Shown: positions 48,068 through 60,990 of the stretch, one piece after another
How positions within the stretch are numbered: the stretch's first letter is position 1
How the letters are laid out: the number at the start of each line of letters is the position of its first letter
Source of the DNA: Octopus sinensis
Lineage: Eukaryota
NCBI RefSeq assembly: GCF_006345805.1
Contig: NC_043010.1
Coordinates: 66,526,001-66,590,000, forward strand
Reading direction: 5' to 3'
DNA length: 64,000 nt
Position numbers and translations under genes: made by a program
Notes under the pieces: generated by a model
What the model was told of the DNA's origin: nothing
Database searches by the model: none
What the model saw: only the letters and a program-made list of their open reading frames with translations

Positions 48068-49880
48068 TTGAATGGCATGTCAGTTTTGAAGAATTTTTTA
48101 TTTTCGAGATTATTTCCACCTTCTCATTTGGAGACGGTCCCAATCATTCTATCTTCCCTGGAAGCAGAGATAATTTCAATTAATCAAAAATTTATCTTAT
48201 ATACTCTTATTTCTCTCTGTTAAAATACATGTCACAGACCTCTCTGAATTACTTCTGTTAGCTCATTGAAGTAGTTAAGAGAAGTATACAGAAAGATTGT
48301 ATGGTCATACATAAAGGTGGCGAGCTAGCAGGAACGTTAGCACACCGGGCAAAATGCTTACCAGTATTTCACCTGTTGCTACGTTCTGAGTTCAAATTCC
48401 GCCGAGGTCGAATTTGCCTTTCATCCTTTCGGGGTCGATAAATTAAGTACCAGTTACGCACTGGGGTCGATGTAATCGACTTAATGTCCTTGTTTGTCCC
48501 CTCTATGTTTAGCCCCTTGTGGGCAATAAAGAAATAAGATTGGATGGTCATAACTGGAACACATTTGATCATATAGCAAACACTCGCTCAGGGTTAAAGA
48601 ACAATAACACTTTCTAGAAAGCAAAGCAATTCGACCGAAGAAGGTACATATATATTAAAACTAATGACATACAACCGTCTACTTCAGTTACACAAACATC
48701 TCCAGACACACTGCAGCTGGCTTCAATTATACCAATGCATTCACAACAGCAAAAGACTGTAAATATATGTTTGGCCGAGTTACAAACAAAAGAGCTTTGT
48801 GTCTTCTCCTTTGTTGTCTCTTCTTGTCTTTTCTCTTCCTCTCATTGTTTCCCTCCTCCTGCTCCTCCTCACTTGTTGGGTGAGGGAAGAGGCAGAATTA
48901 TATACAAACATGACCTACATATGTGTATGTGTGTATATGTATTATACTCACATACACAAGGTTATTATAAAGTCCTTGTTCAGTTTTAAGGTTTCAGAAA
49001 TTTAGTTCTACATGTAATAGAATTAATTCTTTAGCCTTTTAATCCAGCCATATCCAGCCCAAATATTCTACCTGTTTTATGTTAATAATAACTACATCCA
49101 ACCTCTCATACCTACCCTACAATGTCATTCTAAAAATATACAAATGGACCATTGAAATATTGTGTGGTTAATTCAAAGTAATTTATTTGGCTTGGTTTCT
49201 ACGGTTTCACGCCCTTCCTAATGCCAACCATTTTACAGTGTGCTGGGTGCATTTTATGTGGTACCATCACCAGTGCTCTTTACATGGAAGCATCACCAGT
49301 ACCAGTTTTTTTCTATTTTCTATGTGGAATCAGCACTGAAAGGATCACGTACCTTGCAAGACAAGACCCCCTTAATTGTGAGGTGAGGGGATCGTAGTTT
49401 TGAACAGGTGTCACTTTGTGCCAGTTGAGAGATTTAAGGTATAGAGGCTGCACTGGATTAACCGTTAAGCAAAATAAGCACATGCTTAGGGCACAAAGTT
49501 AGGGAGTGGGGGCCACAGAAATGGTAAAAGCGAATCACTTAAATTTTTTTTTTTTTACTTGTTTCAGTCACTTGATTGCGGCCATGCTGGAGCACCGCCT
49601 TTAGTCAAGCAAATCGACTCCAGGACTTATTCTTTGTAAGCCTAGTACTTATTCCATTGGCCTCTTTTACCGAACCGCTAAGTTATGGGGTCATAAACAC
49701 ACCAGCATTGGTTGTCAAGCGATGTTGGGGTGACAAACAGACACACAAACATATACATACAAACATACATATATACGACAGGCTTCTTTTCAGTTTCCGT
49801 CTACCAAATCCACTCACAAGGCTTTGCAGTTTGTTTTGAGATACACGTGTCTTAATTGTTGAATTAATTTGTTTTTGAAA

Positions 49881-50523
49881 ATGGCTAGTCTAGGTGAGTT
49901 GTTTTATACAATGAAAACTGAGGAAGATGCTGAATCTTTCTTGGCAGAAAAGGGTATTATACCCAATAGTAAGAAAGGGCACCGAATGAAAAAGAAATTG
50001 GTTGGGAAGAATGTTTGCTGGCGGTGTAGTCGCAAAGGTTGCTGTGAGAGGGTGTCTGTCCGAAAGGGGACATGGCTAGATGGTAGCACTCTTCCTCTGC
50101 GGACTGTAGTCCTTTTTTTGTACTCTTGAGCCAAGGAACTGGCTACAGTGCGTTATTGTGTAGAACTGGGGATGAGCCACGGTTCAGCTGTAGATTACAA
50201 CAATTACGTGCGAGAAATATGCGCACATGACTTGCTAATGAACCCAGTTGTAATAGGTGGTCCTGGGAAGATTGTCCAGATAGACGAGACAGTCTTCTCT
50301 AGGAGGAAGTTTAATCGAGTAAGGGTGCTACCTCAGCATTGGGTATTCGGAGGAGTGTTCCGTGAGACCAGAGAAGTTTTCCTTTATGCACTACCTTGAC
50401 GGAATCGCGACACACTCGAAGAATACATCCGCCGCTCAATCCTCCCAGGTACCACAATATTTAGTGACCTGTGGAGGGCTTATTCACATATTCCAGAGAT
50501 CGAGGGATACAATTTTCGACATA
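49881..50523 (+). mobile_element. Merlin (IS1595/ISXO2-like DDE) transposase pseudogene, copy A, 3'-truncated
   Basis: WRCSRKGCCERVSVRKGTWL, GGPGKIVQIDET, WVFGG, TTIFSDLWRAY motifs; in-frame stops at 50127 and 50397. Confidence 0.85.
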
Positions 50524-50940
50524 GAAGGGAAAGAGGAAAAAGAAAGAACTGTGTAGAAAAGAAAGAAAGACTTTAATGCGAACATTATTTGTTTTGATTC
50601 GACGTGAACTGTTTAAATGCTTTGATTTTGTTGTTTTCTTGTTAATTCTGTTGCATGTTACTTTCTTTAATGTATCTGCTATGTATCACATTGTATTTAA
50701 TGTCGTAATTGTTATAAACTGTTTTTAAATGTAAGCCAATTGCCTTCCGCCGTGTCTCTGTATCTCTTCCTGTTGTTGTTGTTCTCGCCGGTTGCCGAGT
50801 TCGCTGCCCCCCACACACACACACACACCGGGCCCTCTCTTTCCGTGGCGAATTCCCCGATCGACTGGGCCGGTGCAATCGTCGTCGTTCGACTTGGTAG
50901 GGTCCCGGGTTTTAGTTGAGCGATGGCAGGTGGTACGTAA

Positions 50941-51660
50941 CAATACCCAATAGCAAGAACTGTAAGAAAGGGCACCGAATGAAAAAGAATGTTTGCTGGC
51001 GGTGTAGTCGCAAAGGTTGCTGTGAGAGGATGTCTGTCCGAAAGGGAACATGGCTAGAAGGTAGCACACTTCCTCTGCGGACTGTAGTCCTTTTTTTGTA
51101 CTCTTGGGTCAAGGAACTGGCTACAGTGCGTTATAGTGTAGAACTGGAGATGAGCCACAGTGCAGCTGTAGATTATAACAATTATGTGTGAGAAGTATGC
51201 GCACATGACTTGCTCATGAATCCAGTTGTAATAGGTGGTCCTGGGAAGATTGTCGAGATAGATGAGACAGTCTTCTCTAGGAGGAAGTTTAATCGAAGAA
51301 GGGTGTTACCTCAGCAATGGGTATTCGGAGAAGTGTTCCGCGAGACCAGAGAAGTTTTCCTTTATACAGTACCTTGACGGAATCGCGGCACACTCGAAGA
51401 ATGCGTCTGCCGCTCGATCCTCCCAGGTACCACAATATTTAGTGACCTGTGGAGGGCTTATTCACATATTCCAGAGATCGAGGGATACAATTTTCGACAT
51501 AGAACGGTGAGCCACAGCATCGAGTTTGTGAACTCCGTTGATACCCAACAAATAGAGAGTACGTGGACCTGTGTGAAACGGGGTAATAATCGACATTGTG
51601 GTACACACCGATTGACTTGTATCTCTGCGAATTCATGTGGCGGCGCAGACACGAAAAAAG
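50941..51660 (+). mobile_element. Merlin transposase pseudogene, copy B, 5'-truncated, includes the third catalytic motif
   Basis: High identity to copy A; continues through VSHSIEFV..VDTQQIESTW (the HTQ.IES.W motif). Confidence 0.85.
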
Positions 51661-51829
51661 TGACCTTTGGGAGAAATTGCCGGCAAGCATTAGGAATTTC
51701 TGACCAAAATACACCCCTCAGAAGTTTCAATTGAATTGTAAAATATTCATGAACAAGTCCTGTGCGCATACTTCTCACACATAACTGTTATAGGCCACAG
51801 CTGCATTGTGGCTCATCCCACGATTATGG

Positions 51830-51970
51830 GTAATTTGTTTTTGAAAATGGCTAGTCTAGGCGAGTTGTTTGATACAATGAAAACGGAGGAGGATGCTGAA
51901 TCTTTCTTGGCAGAAAAGGGTATTATACCCAATAGTAAGAAAGGGCACCGAATGAAAAAGAAATTGGTAG
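51830..51970 (+). mobile_element. Merlin element 5' fragment, copy C
   Basis: taatttgtttttgaaaATGGCTAGTCTAGG... is nearly identical to the start of copy A and breaks off at about 51970. Confidence 0.8.
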
Positions 51971-54900
51971 AGATGTTTTTTTTTTTTGTTCAGCTTCTTT
52001 ACATTCTGCGTAACAGTTTGTTTCCGCAGTGATTGCTTCAAATAAGCATGCTGAAAAAAAATTGTTGATAAAAACATTTTTTTAAAGTTTTTACAACATC
52101 ATGGTGTAAATCATCATGTTGCCTCTTTCAGTTTCTTCAGAATCGCTGCTTTCGGTTTCGGATACAGAAATATCCGATTCATTTTCGTTCACCATGTGCT
52201 TTTGTATGTATCCCTTTCATTCTTTTAAATATATTTGTGTAGGAATTGCCAATTTCTTCTTCATGCCCTTACTTACAATTCTTAGTGCAGGGTTTTTTTT
52301 TTCCTTTTTATTTTTTCTATGCTACTCTGCCTGTACTGCTTACTGGGGTCAATCTAATCGACCCCCCCCCCTCCAAAATTTCGGAACTTCTCCCTAGACG
52401 ACCAATAAAAAAAAAGAGAAAGAAATTAAAAATCAAGTATCCATTGCTTACTGGGGTCAATCTAATCGACTGCCCCCCCCCCTACCTCCTCCAAAATTTC
52501 GGAACTTCTCCCTAGACTACCAAAAAAAAAAAAAAATTAAAAATTGATTCAATCACTGTTTGTATCTTTCAATGAAACTTGCTTTGAAATTTGTTGCACA
52601 CCTGTATGACTTTTCAACCTCTGCATGAACTCTGTGTACTTCGCATTTGCATCACAAATTGTAATTTCCTGCATTAAAATTGATTTACTCTTTATTTGTT
52701 TTTGTTTCTCCTTTTGTTTACATTGTGTGCATGCCTTGTAGTTTAGGTTAGGGTTAGAGCTATGGTTTAGAATTGGCATCAGATAACATGCTAAATTGTA
52801 AATGGCCATGTTTACTGTATGCTAAACTGGCACTAGAGATTTAATGAAACAGTTTACCTATCAGAATTTAAGTCATGAAAGGGTTAGCAGTGTCAACACA
52901 CTTCACATTTCTCTGTTTCTGCGGGCAATGAAATAAAATACTAGATAAGGAGTGGGTCAATATAGTTGACATTATGTCCTATAAAATTTTTGGCTATGTG
53001 CTTTTGTTACAAATTCTTATTTGTACTAATATAAAGTGCAAGCAAGAGAACATCTGCAGGCTTTCCTAAACTGTTAATGTGAATGTGGATGATGTCTTTT
53101 TTCAACTTGTGTAAATTAATGTCTGATGAGAATGTCATTCCATGTAGAGGCTGCCATTCTGGAGATAAATGATTGGATAAAATATTTAGTATAAGGTTCT
53201 AGCTGTGAGACATGTTAAAGATGATGATGTGGGCTCAGTTTGATATAGTATACTAATTCACAGGAATAGTAGTGGGTGTTTGGGTTTTTTTTTCCCCCCA
53301 TGTTTTCATCATCATTTAGCGTCCGTTTTCCATGCTAGCATGGGTTGGACGGTTTAACTGGGGTCTGTGAAGCCGGAAGGCTTCATCAGGCCCAGTCAGA
53401 TTTGGCAGTGTTTCTACGGCTGGATGCCCTTCCTAACGCCGACCACTCCGTGAGTGTAGTGGGTGCTGGCTGTATCCTTGCCTTTTGCATTCCTTCTGAG
53501 ACAAAAGGCAAGAGCTGTGCCTTCAAAACTGGTAAGATTGACATAGTTGATCTTGAATAAAGTGTGTGGATGGCTGCAGAGGAAAAAACATGGGCAAGGG
53601 AATTTCAGAAGGCTGACAATCTGGTAAGAAAGAATTTAATGCTTAGTTTGCAGGTGAATTACATGCTACGTGAGCTTCGAACCTTTTGTCGCCAGATGCT
53701 GTAACATGGTTTGTATCCAATATAGTAGTACCACCACTATTGGGATAATGGCCTAAAATATGCGGTACCAGTGTGATAAAATAAGATAATGCAGCAGCAA
53801 TAACAACGTAACTATCTCTCAAGAACCAACATATTCCAAATGAACAAACCAACCCAACTCTCGAACTTCACTATGAAATAACACAAACTATATACACATT
53901 CATACATACATCACAATTTTTCTTCAAATTTCAAGTTTCATTCTGTAGGTATGTATGCGATGTGTATCAGGTTGTAGGTGTGCGCTTCCAACAACTTTGT
54001 TTTTCTTTTTCACATTAAATTTCAATATGATTGGAATCTACACCATCTGAAAGACATTTGTTGAAAATTTCATCAAAATACCCATTTTTTTCTGAAAGTT
54101 AGGAGGAAACAAAGTCGGTTTGCATGAATTATCCTAAACTCCTTTCCCTACCTCTAAAAAAATTTTTCATAACAAATTCCCATATAATCGTAATGTACAC
54201 CAACTGAAAGCTAATTGTAGAAAATTTCATTAAAAAAAAAATGTATATTTTTCTGAAAGTTATAAGAAAACAAGAGTCAGATGGGGGCACACTTGTGTAG
54301 GTATGCCCATTTTGTTCAGTACTATTGCTCCATAAGGTTTTCTACATTAACATAAAGCTTCAGACTTTCAAGGGAATGGAAATTTTGGAGTGTTGTCGTC
54401 ACCCATGAGAGGTTATTTTAAACACACGCTCACTAGACCACGCATGGATAACTTTTATCAAGAAGTGGGACACATGGCTCATCACCAGACAGACTGTGCT
54501 ACTAAAAAAAATTCAAGGTAATTTTTCATTTAAGCATGCCATTCAAAAAGTCCCACAGGCAGCAGTTTGCTCATGACTCTACTAGAAAACCCATATATCC
54601 ACGTTTTGTCACATTTAAGCAAAAGAAAAATAAATAAGTAATAATGTAAACAAGATGGGCGATGACTTGGGTAAAATCTTCAGTCACCTTAAAATCTTTT
54701 TCTTTTTCTTTTGTCACAGTCACCCAGTTTCTTACTCTTCCTTCTCCACGAGAGACTGTGTGAGTGCTAGAAAGAGCAGGCGATCTCTAACCACATTTAA
54801 CATTGAACAAATTGAATTGAAAATGTAACGTTAATTGATGGTTACTGGGTCGATAGATGTGAGCTAAGAATATAGGTTTAGTAGGTGGTTGTTAGCTGGT

Positions 54901-55353
54901 GTGAGTTAGTATATTATTAGCTGGTGGCTGATTGTAGCTAGAGTGAATTAAAAGCTTACAGTTACATGGTTTGATGGTAGCTAGGAGTAAAAAATTTATT
55001 GTTAAATGGCTGTTGGGAGAGGTAAATTGAACCAGAGAGACCTGTTATTAACTGGTGAGTAATTGGTGAACAGCGAAATAAACCAGGTTTGTTATGTTTT
55101 GTGTTGAAGAATAAGATTAATTTATATAGTTTACAGGAGTATGCTGTGTGTCCAGTTTATATGGCTGTGTATGCAATATCCCGGCAAGCCAAATGAGACC
55201 ATAACCTTGCCTATGCCAGGGGCGTAACCAGCCCACTTATGCGTACCTTTTCCTTCTTTGGACACTTAAACTCTGCTTGCGAAGACCTGTTGAGGCAAGT
55301 GATATCGTCCAACCCATGCTAGCATGGAAAGCGGACGTTAAATGATGATGATG

Positions 55354-55418
55354 TTATAGTAGCAAGTATCCCTGTCTGTCATGCAAGAGAGTGGGGTTCA
55401 ATTCCCTGCTGGGTGGAG
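55354..55418 (+). pseudogene. Second, more decayed and 5'-truncated tRNA-Asp(GTC) relic
   Basis: TATAGTAGCAAGTATCCCTGTCTGTCATGCAAGAGAGTGGGGTTCAATTCCC aligns to tRNA-Asp positions ~11-72; the 5' end abuts the (TGA)n tail of an RTE-type fragment. Confidence 0.65.
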
Positions 55419-55625
55419 GCTCTTAATTATTTACAGATGCAGGTATGGGCTGTGTGGTTAAGAAGCTCTCTTGGCAACCACATGGTTTTGAGTTCAGTTC
55501 CACTGTTCAGCACCTTGGACAAATATCTTCTACTATGGTCCTGGCTTGACCAATGTCTAGTTGGTAAATTTGGTAGACGAAAATTGTAGAAGCCTGTTGT
55601 ATGTATGTATGAGTGTGTATGTATA

Positions 55626-56362
55626 TGAAGACGGTTCAGAGAGCTTTTACCTCTGTTGGCAACCAAAGGTCTCTTTCTCCAAGTGAAGGGAAGTTTGTAT
55701 GATGCATGTTGTATATGAACTGCAATACTGCATGGGAATGAGACATGGACCCTGAATGCAGAGGACATGCGAAGACTGGAGAGGAGCAAAGCTGGTATTC
55801 TCTACAGCATGTGCAACAGAGTGCTGGTGTATCGAGAGAGAAGTTGGGCATAAGAGGAATTATATACAGTGTGCAAAAGAGGAGACTGCACTGGTCATGT
55901 GATGCGGATGCATGGGGACAGTTGCATAAAGAAGTGCTGGTCACTTAAAGTGGAGGTAAGATGTGGAAGAGAGAGAACCGAAAAGACATGGGACAAAGTA
56001 TTGAGGGCTGATCTCAAGAAGCTGAACCTTGCAACCATATAAAGGGAACTGAGGTGTGTGGCGCATTACTCTACTCAAGAAGACCTGCCCACCACAACAG
56101 AATTGAGATCCTTAAACCAAGGTGCCATATAAAAAAAACCTTAATGCGAGTACTGGTGTCACATAAAAAGCTCTGGTGGTGGTGCCACTTAAAAGGCACC
56201 CAGTACACTCTGTAAAGTGGTTGGCATTAGGAAGGGCATCCAGCTGTAGAAACCAAACCAAAACAGACTATGGGACCTTATGCAACCCCTGGTCTTGCTA
56301 ATTTCTGTCAAGCTGTCCAACTCATGCCAGCATGGATAACGGACATTAGATATTGATGATAA
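55626..56362 (+). mobile_element. RTE-clade LINE 3' fragment (ORF2 C-terminus, 3' UTR, (TGA)n tail)
   Basis: RFRELLPLLATKG...HGNETWTL..EDMRRLER and RRLHW.GHVMRM motifs with frameshifts, followed by the tail shared with the many short copies. Confidence 0.8.
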
Positions 56363-56909
56363 TTTTTGTTTGTTTGTTGAGCGAAGCGGTCTTTGTCCCA
56401 GTGAAGTGGGAGAAGTCCGAAACGTGGTCGTTTGCTATTCGTAAGACCCGCAGAAGAGAAAGAAAGTCAACCCCCGACACCGGGATGCGCATCCAGGCTC
56501 AGCGGTAGCGTAGGAAGTCGGGGACAAGAAACAGGAAGAAAGAGTGAGAGAAAGTTGGAGCGAAAGAGTACAACAGGAGTCGCCACCACCCCCTGCCGGA
56601 GCCTCGTGGAGCTTTAGGTGTTTTCGCTCAATAAACACACACATTGCCCAGTCAGGGAATTGAAACCGCGAGTCCACTGCCCTAACCACAGCCATTGCGC
56701 CTCCTGATGATAATGTATATATAGTGTGTGTGCATTTGTGTTCATTCACAATCATCACTTGATAACCAGTCTCGGTTAGTTTACATCCCTGTAACTTAGC
56801 GGTGTGGGAAAAGGAGACCAACAGAATAAGTACCAGACTCTAAAATTAGTACTGATGTTGATTTGTTTGACTGAAATCCTTGAAGGTGGTGCCCCAGCAT
56901 GACTGCAGT

Positions 56910-58166
56910 CAGCACTGGATTAACCATTGAGCAGAATAAGTATGTGCTTAGGGTATAAAGGGAAATGGGGCACCACAGAAATGGTAAATGGTTTACAACA
57001 CAAAAGAAATCACTTTAGACTTGCTAAAATAATATTTAAATTAAAAAATATAAAATTTTGAATGGTACAACATCATCATCATCATCATCGTTTAACGTCC
57101 GTTCCCCATGCTAGCATGGGTTGGACGGTTCAGCCAGGGATCTGGGAAGCCAGAAGGCTGCACCAGGCCCAGTCTAATCTGGCAGTGTTTCTACAGCTGG
57201 ATGCCCTTCCTAACGCCAACTACTCCGTGAGTGTAGTGGGTGCTTTTTACGTGCCACCGGCACCGGTGCCAGGCGAGGCTGGCTATGGCCATGATCGGAT
57301 TGGTGCATTTTATGTGCCACCAGCACGGAAGCCAGTCGAGGCGGCACTGGCATCGGCCACGATTCGGATGGTGCTTTTTACGTGCCACTGGCATGGAAGC
57401 CAATCTAGGCGGCGCTGGCATCGGCCACGTTCAGATGGTGCATTTTACGTGCCACCAGCACAGGGATCACAACAGTGCACTATAATACAGACAATGGGCT
57501 ATATACCTGTTGTAATGATCGGAAATCTAATTTCGAAGTGTTCATAGTGTCGAGGATCTGACCAAAAACTTTGCAGGAATGGCTGTGTGGTAAGTAGCTT
57601 GTTTACCAACCACATGGTTCCGGGTTCAGTCCCACTGCGTGGCACCTTGGGCAAGTGTCTTCTACTATAGCCTCGGGCCGACCAAAGCCTTGTGAGTGGA
57701 TTTGGTAGACGGACACTAAAAAAAAGCCCGTCGTATATATGTATATATACGTGTGTGTGTTTGTCCCCCTAGCATTGCTTGACAACCGATGCTGGTGTGT
57801 TTATGTCCCCGTTACTTAGCGGTTCGGCAAAAGAGACCGATAGAATAAGTACTGGGCTTATAAAAAGAATAAGTCCCGGGGTCGAGTTGCTCGATTAAAG
57901 GCGGTGCTCCAGCATGGCCGCAGTCAAATGACTGAAACAAGTAAAAGAGTAAAGAGTAATTAAAATAAATAGGAGAAAACTTTTCAAAGTGAAGAATACA
58001 AAACTAAATACTTTCTGCCTTTCTGTTAGTCTTGTTTCATTTTTGAAAAATAAAAAAAATTATTTTATGGTTTCTTATTGTTCGTATTTTGAATTACATA
58101 TTTATATATGGGGACACCAAAATCTTTTAAATGCTTAGAGCCTCTATTGGGCTTAATCCAGCCCTG
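56910..58166. mobile_element. hAT-type MITE with nested insertions
   Basis: Ends CAGCACTGGATTAA / TTAATCCAGCCCTG; flanks ACTGCAGT (56902-09) and ACTGCAAT (58167-74) form an 8-bp TSD with one mismatch. Confidence 0.7.
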
Positions 58167-58984
58167 ACTGCAATCCAATGATTTATGCAAGTAAAAGCTA
58201 AAAGAGTGGAGGTGCAATGGCCCAGTGGTTAGGGCAGCAGACTCGCGGTCGGAGGATCGCGGTTTCAATTCTCAGACCAGGCGCTGCGTGTGTTTATTGA
58301 GCTAAAACACCTAAAGCTCCACGAGGCTCCGGCAGGGGGTGGAGGCGACCCCTGTTGTACTCTTTCGCCACAACCTTCTCTCACTCTTCCTTCCTGTTTC
58401 TTGAGTAACACTGCGATGGACTGGCGTCCCGACCAGCTGGGAGGGGGGAGAGCTGGGCCCATGAGCCTGGCTAGGCTTGAAAAGGCACATTAATAAATAA
58501 AAAAAAGATAAAAGAAAGTATACAGATGCGATGTTGGAGCAGATGTATTTAAGCATGTCTTGTTTTTTTTTTTTTTTACAGTAAAACCCTTGCTACATTG
58601 ATAGAATCCAGACACAAAATCTAAAGATGGATGAAATGCCACTGAACATTTTGCCTGGCATGCTAATGATCCTCATCTTATCATCGTCATCATCATCGTT
58701 TAACGTTCGCTTTCCTTGCTATCGTTGGACGATTTGACTGAGGACTGGCGAACCAGATGACTGCACCAGGTTCCATTCTGATCTGGCAGAGTTTCTACAG
58801 GTGGATGCCCTTCCTAATGCCAATCACTCCGAGAGTGTAGTGGGTGCCTCTTACATGCCACTGGCACAGAAGCCAGTTAGCTGCTCTGGCAACGATCTTT
58901 ATTCAAAATGTGTTCTCAAGTAAAAAAACAAAAACAGTATACAGTGAACATCGTACTATTTGGTACGCCATGTAAAATTACTGT

Positions 58985-59232
58985 GGAGGCGCGTGGCTTA
59001 GTGGTTAGGGTGTCAGCACCATGATCGTAAGATTGTGGTTTCGATTCCTGGACCGGGCGACGCGTTGTGTTCTTGAGCAAAACACTTCATTTCACGTTGC
59101 TCCAGTCCACTCAGCTGTCAAAAATGAGTAACACTGCAATGGACTGGCGTCCCGTCCAGCTGGGGAACACATACGCCATAGAAACCGGGAAGCCGGGCCC
59201 ATGAGCCTGGCTGGGCTTTAAAAAGGGCGCAT
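58985..59232 (+). mobile_element. tRNA-derived SINE family D; related copies at about 26490-26660 (-), 27650-27800 (-), 29178-29395 (+), 56430-56705 (-) and 58208-58492 (+)
   Basis: GGCGCGTGGCTTAGTGG...GGTTTCGATTCC head, TTGAGCAAAACACTT, GATGGACTGGCGTCCCGTCCAG motif. Confidence 0.75.
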
Positions 59233-60019
59233 TTATTTTTATTTAGGTAAAATTACTACATGTGTGAGTGTGTTACGAGTACTAACAACGCAATAAAATT
59301 ACAGCTTATTTCTAATAGGTCGAGCAATGTGCTAGAAATATCAGCTAAATTTCTCTCTTAAATCTGACAACACTGTCTTTAAAAAATGAAAGGACATATT
59401 AGGCATTGTGGTCCTGAAATATTTTTGAGCCTAAGTATGCTCAAACGTGGTTGACCTGGGGTTAAACAACGATTTCCTAGTTCCTTCTTTTGGTCACTGA
59501 AACCTTAGCTAATCTGATGATATTTATATGAAATGAATTTTTTTTATATTTCTTTTCTGTTCCGTGTTGAGCTGAATAGTGGTAGTTCCTTAGTTGTCTC
59601 CCCTACTTCTTGAAGTGGGAGACGAATTGATAGCCATCAAAGAGAACGAATAGACACACGGCTTCACGCTGTTAAATTTCATCTTTTAGAAGTCAATAAA
59701 AAAGAAAAAAAAAGTGGTGTAACTACAGATGTATACCCCCCCCCCCGAAACTTTGATTCTTTCTAACTTTCTAAACAATACCTATTTTCAATGAAATTTT
59801 CCAGAGATACATGGTTGTAAATAGGAATTCCTTGAGAAAAATGTTTTCGTGTAATATAATTCACACGCTATGATTTGTTTCCCCTATAACTTTCTGAAAA
59901 TCGGTTATTTTTCAATAAAATTTTCTGCAAATGTATTTCAAAAAGTGTAGACAACGATTTTATCGGAATTTGATGTGAAAAAAAAAATAGATGAATAAAA
60001 ATTAGGGATGGAGTCAGGG

Positions 60020-60480
60020 AATTCACAAGAGGGTTGCAGTCTGGGGAGTTAGGGGGCCAGATATTAGGGGTGATGTGGCCACAGAAATTGTTCGAGTCAT
60101 GACTGGGTTCTCCTGCTTGTGTGACATGGTGCAGAGTCCTATTGCTTGATATAGGGTCTTCCAGCAGCCACCCTCTTGACTCAGGGCAGCACTATCTCTT
60201 CCAGGCACTTGATGTAAGCATTCGTGGGAAGATGAATGGAGATATAACGTCGCCATCACTAGTGATCACTCCAAACACCATGATATTGACTGGATGTTTC
60301 ATTTTTATCACTCTCGGTACATGTCCTCAGATTGACACCCAAACGCTTTGAAATGTTCGTATAAGAGCTTCTGGCACGAATGCTAAGCAGTGCAGCATGT
60401 CGTTTCCAAGTTTCTGGCCGAGTGGATTGCGTCATGGTGTTGTTTTTCTCACAGACGGTCTCCAACTGACTCTACCATAC
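60020..60480 (-). mobile_element. Decayed, internally deleted Tc1/mariner transposase
   Basis: Minus-strand pieces KHPVNIMVFGVITSDGDV, QDSAPCHTS and HITPNIWPPNSPDCNPL (WPPNSPDLNP motif). Confidence 0.8.
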
Positions 60481-60819
60481 TGTGTAGTCACCAAAATCAA
60501 AATCAAACAATACACATGCGCGAATTTAAAAATACAAAACGATAATTTACCCATCGCACCTTGTATATTCGAACACCCAAATCCTTTAAGTGCTTAGGGC
60601 CACTATGAGTCTTAATCCGGCCCTGACTCTCATTACACACAATTAGATTATTATTTAATTGAATTTAAGAGGCGCTATACCTTTCCTAGCGATGAATTTC
60701 GACAATTATTAAAAAATATTAGATCAAAATTTGTGAGGGCTCCTCTTTAACAAACAAGCAAAAAAATGTAGTCTCTGTTGTTGAAAACACGGGGTTTCGA
60801 AGAAACTTCTGAAAAGGGA

Positions 60820-60990
60820 GCGCTAGGGGTTGAGAATGTCTCGGGGGGAAAATCACTGGACAGGTTTTACGGACAAAACCAAACGGCAGGAGTCCCAGGG
60901 GTAGGCCACGAGCAAGACGGTTGAATAACATCAATGAATTCGGTTCGGTGTCACTTGGGGATCCATCTGGATCGATTGAGGACGGTTGCT
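60820..60990 (+). mobile_element. Fragment of a second RTE-like LINE ORF2 C-terminus
   Basis: QVLRTKPNGRSPRGRPRARRLNNI matches the RTE terminal G.RPRGRP..RW.D.I motif. Confidence 0.55.

Noticed and set aside
53126-53150. CTGATGA followed by a GAATG/CATTC hairpin
   Set aside because: No GAAA after the stem and no stem I or III.
54010-54290. Repeat related in inverted orientation to 59725-59990 as ends of one large element
   Set aside because: Similarity is loose, with no shared TSD or clear termini; treated as two copies of an unclassified non-autonomous DNA repeat.
58985-59060. tRNA gene calls for SINE heads (also 3947, 9697 and 62335)
   Set aside because: A/B boxes are present but there is no complete cloverleaf, and each continues into a multi-copy SINE body.
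59514-59545. CTGATGA...GAAA hammerhead candidate
   Set aside because: No credible stem II and no stem I; chance match in AT-rich DNA.
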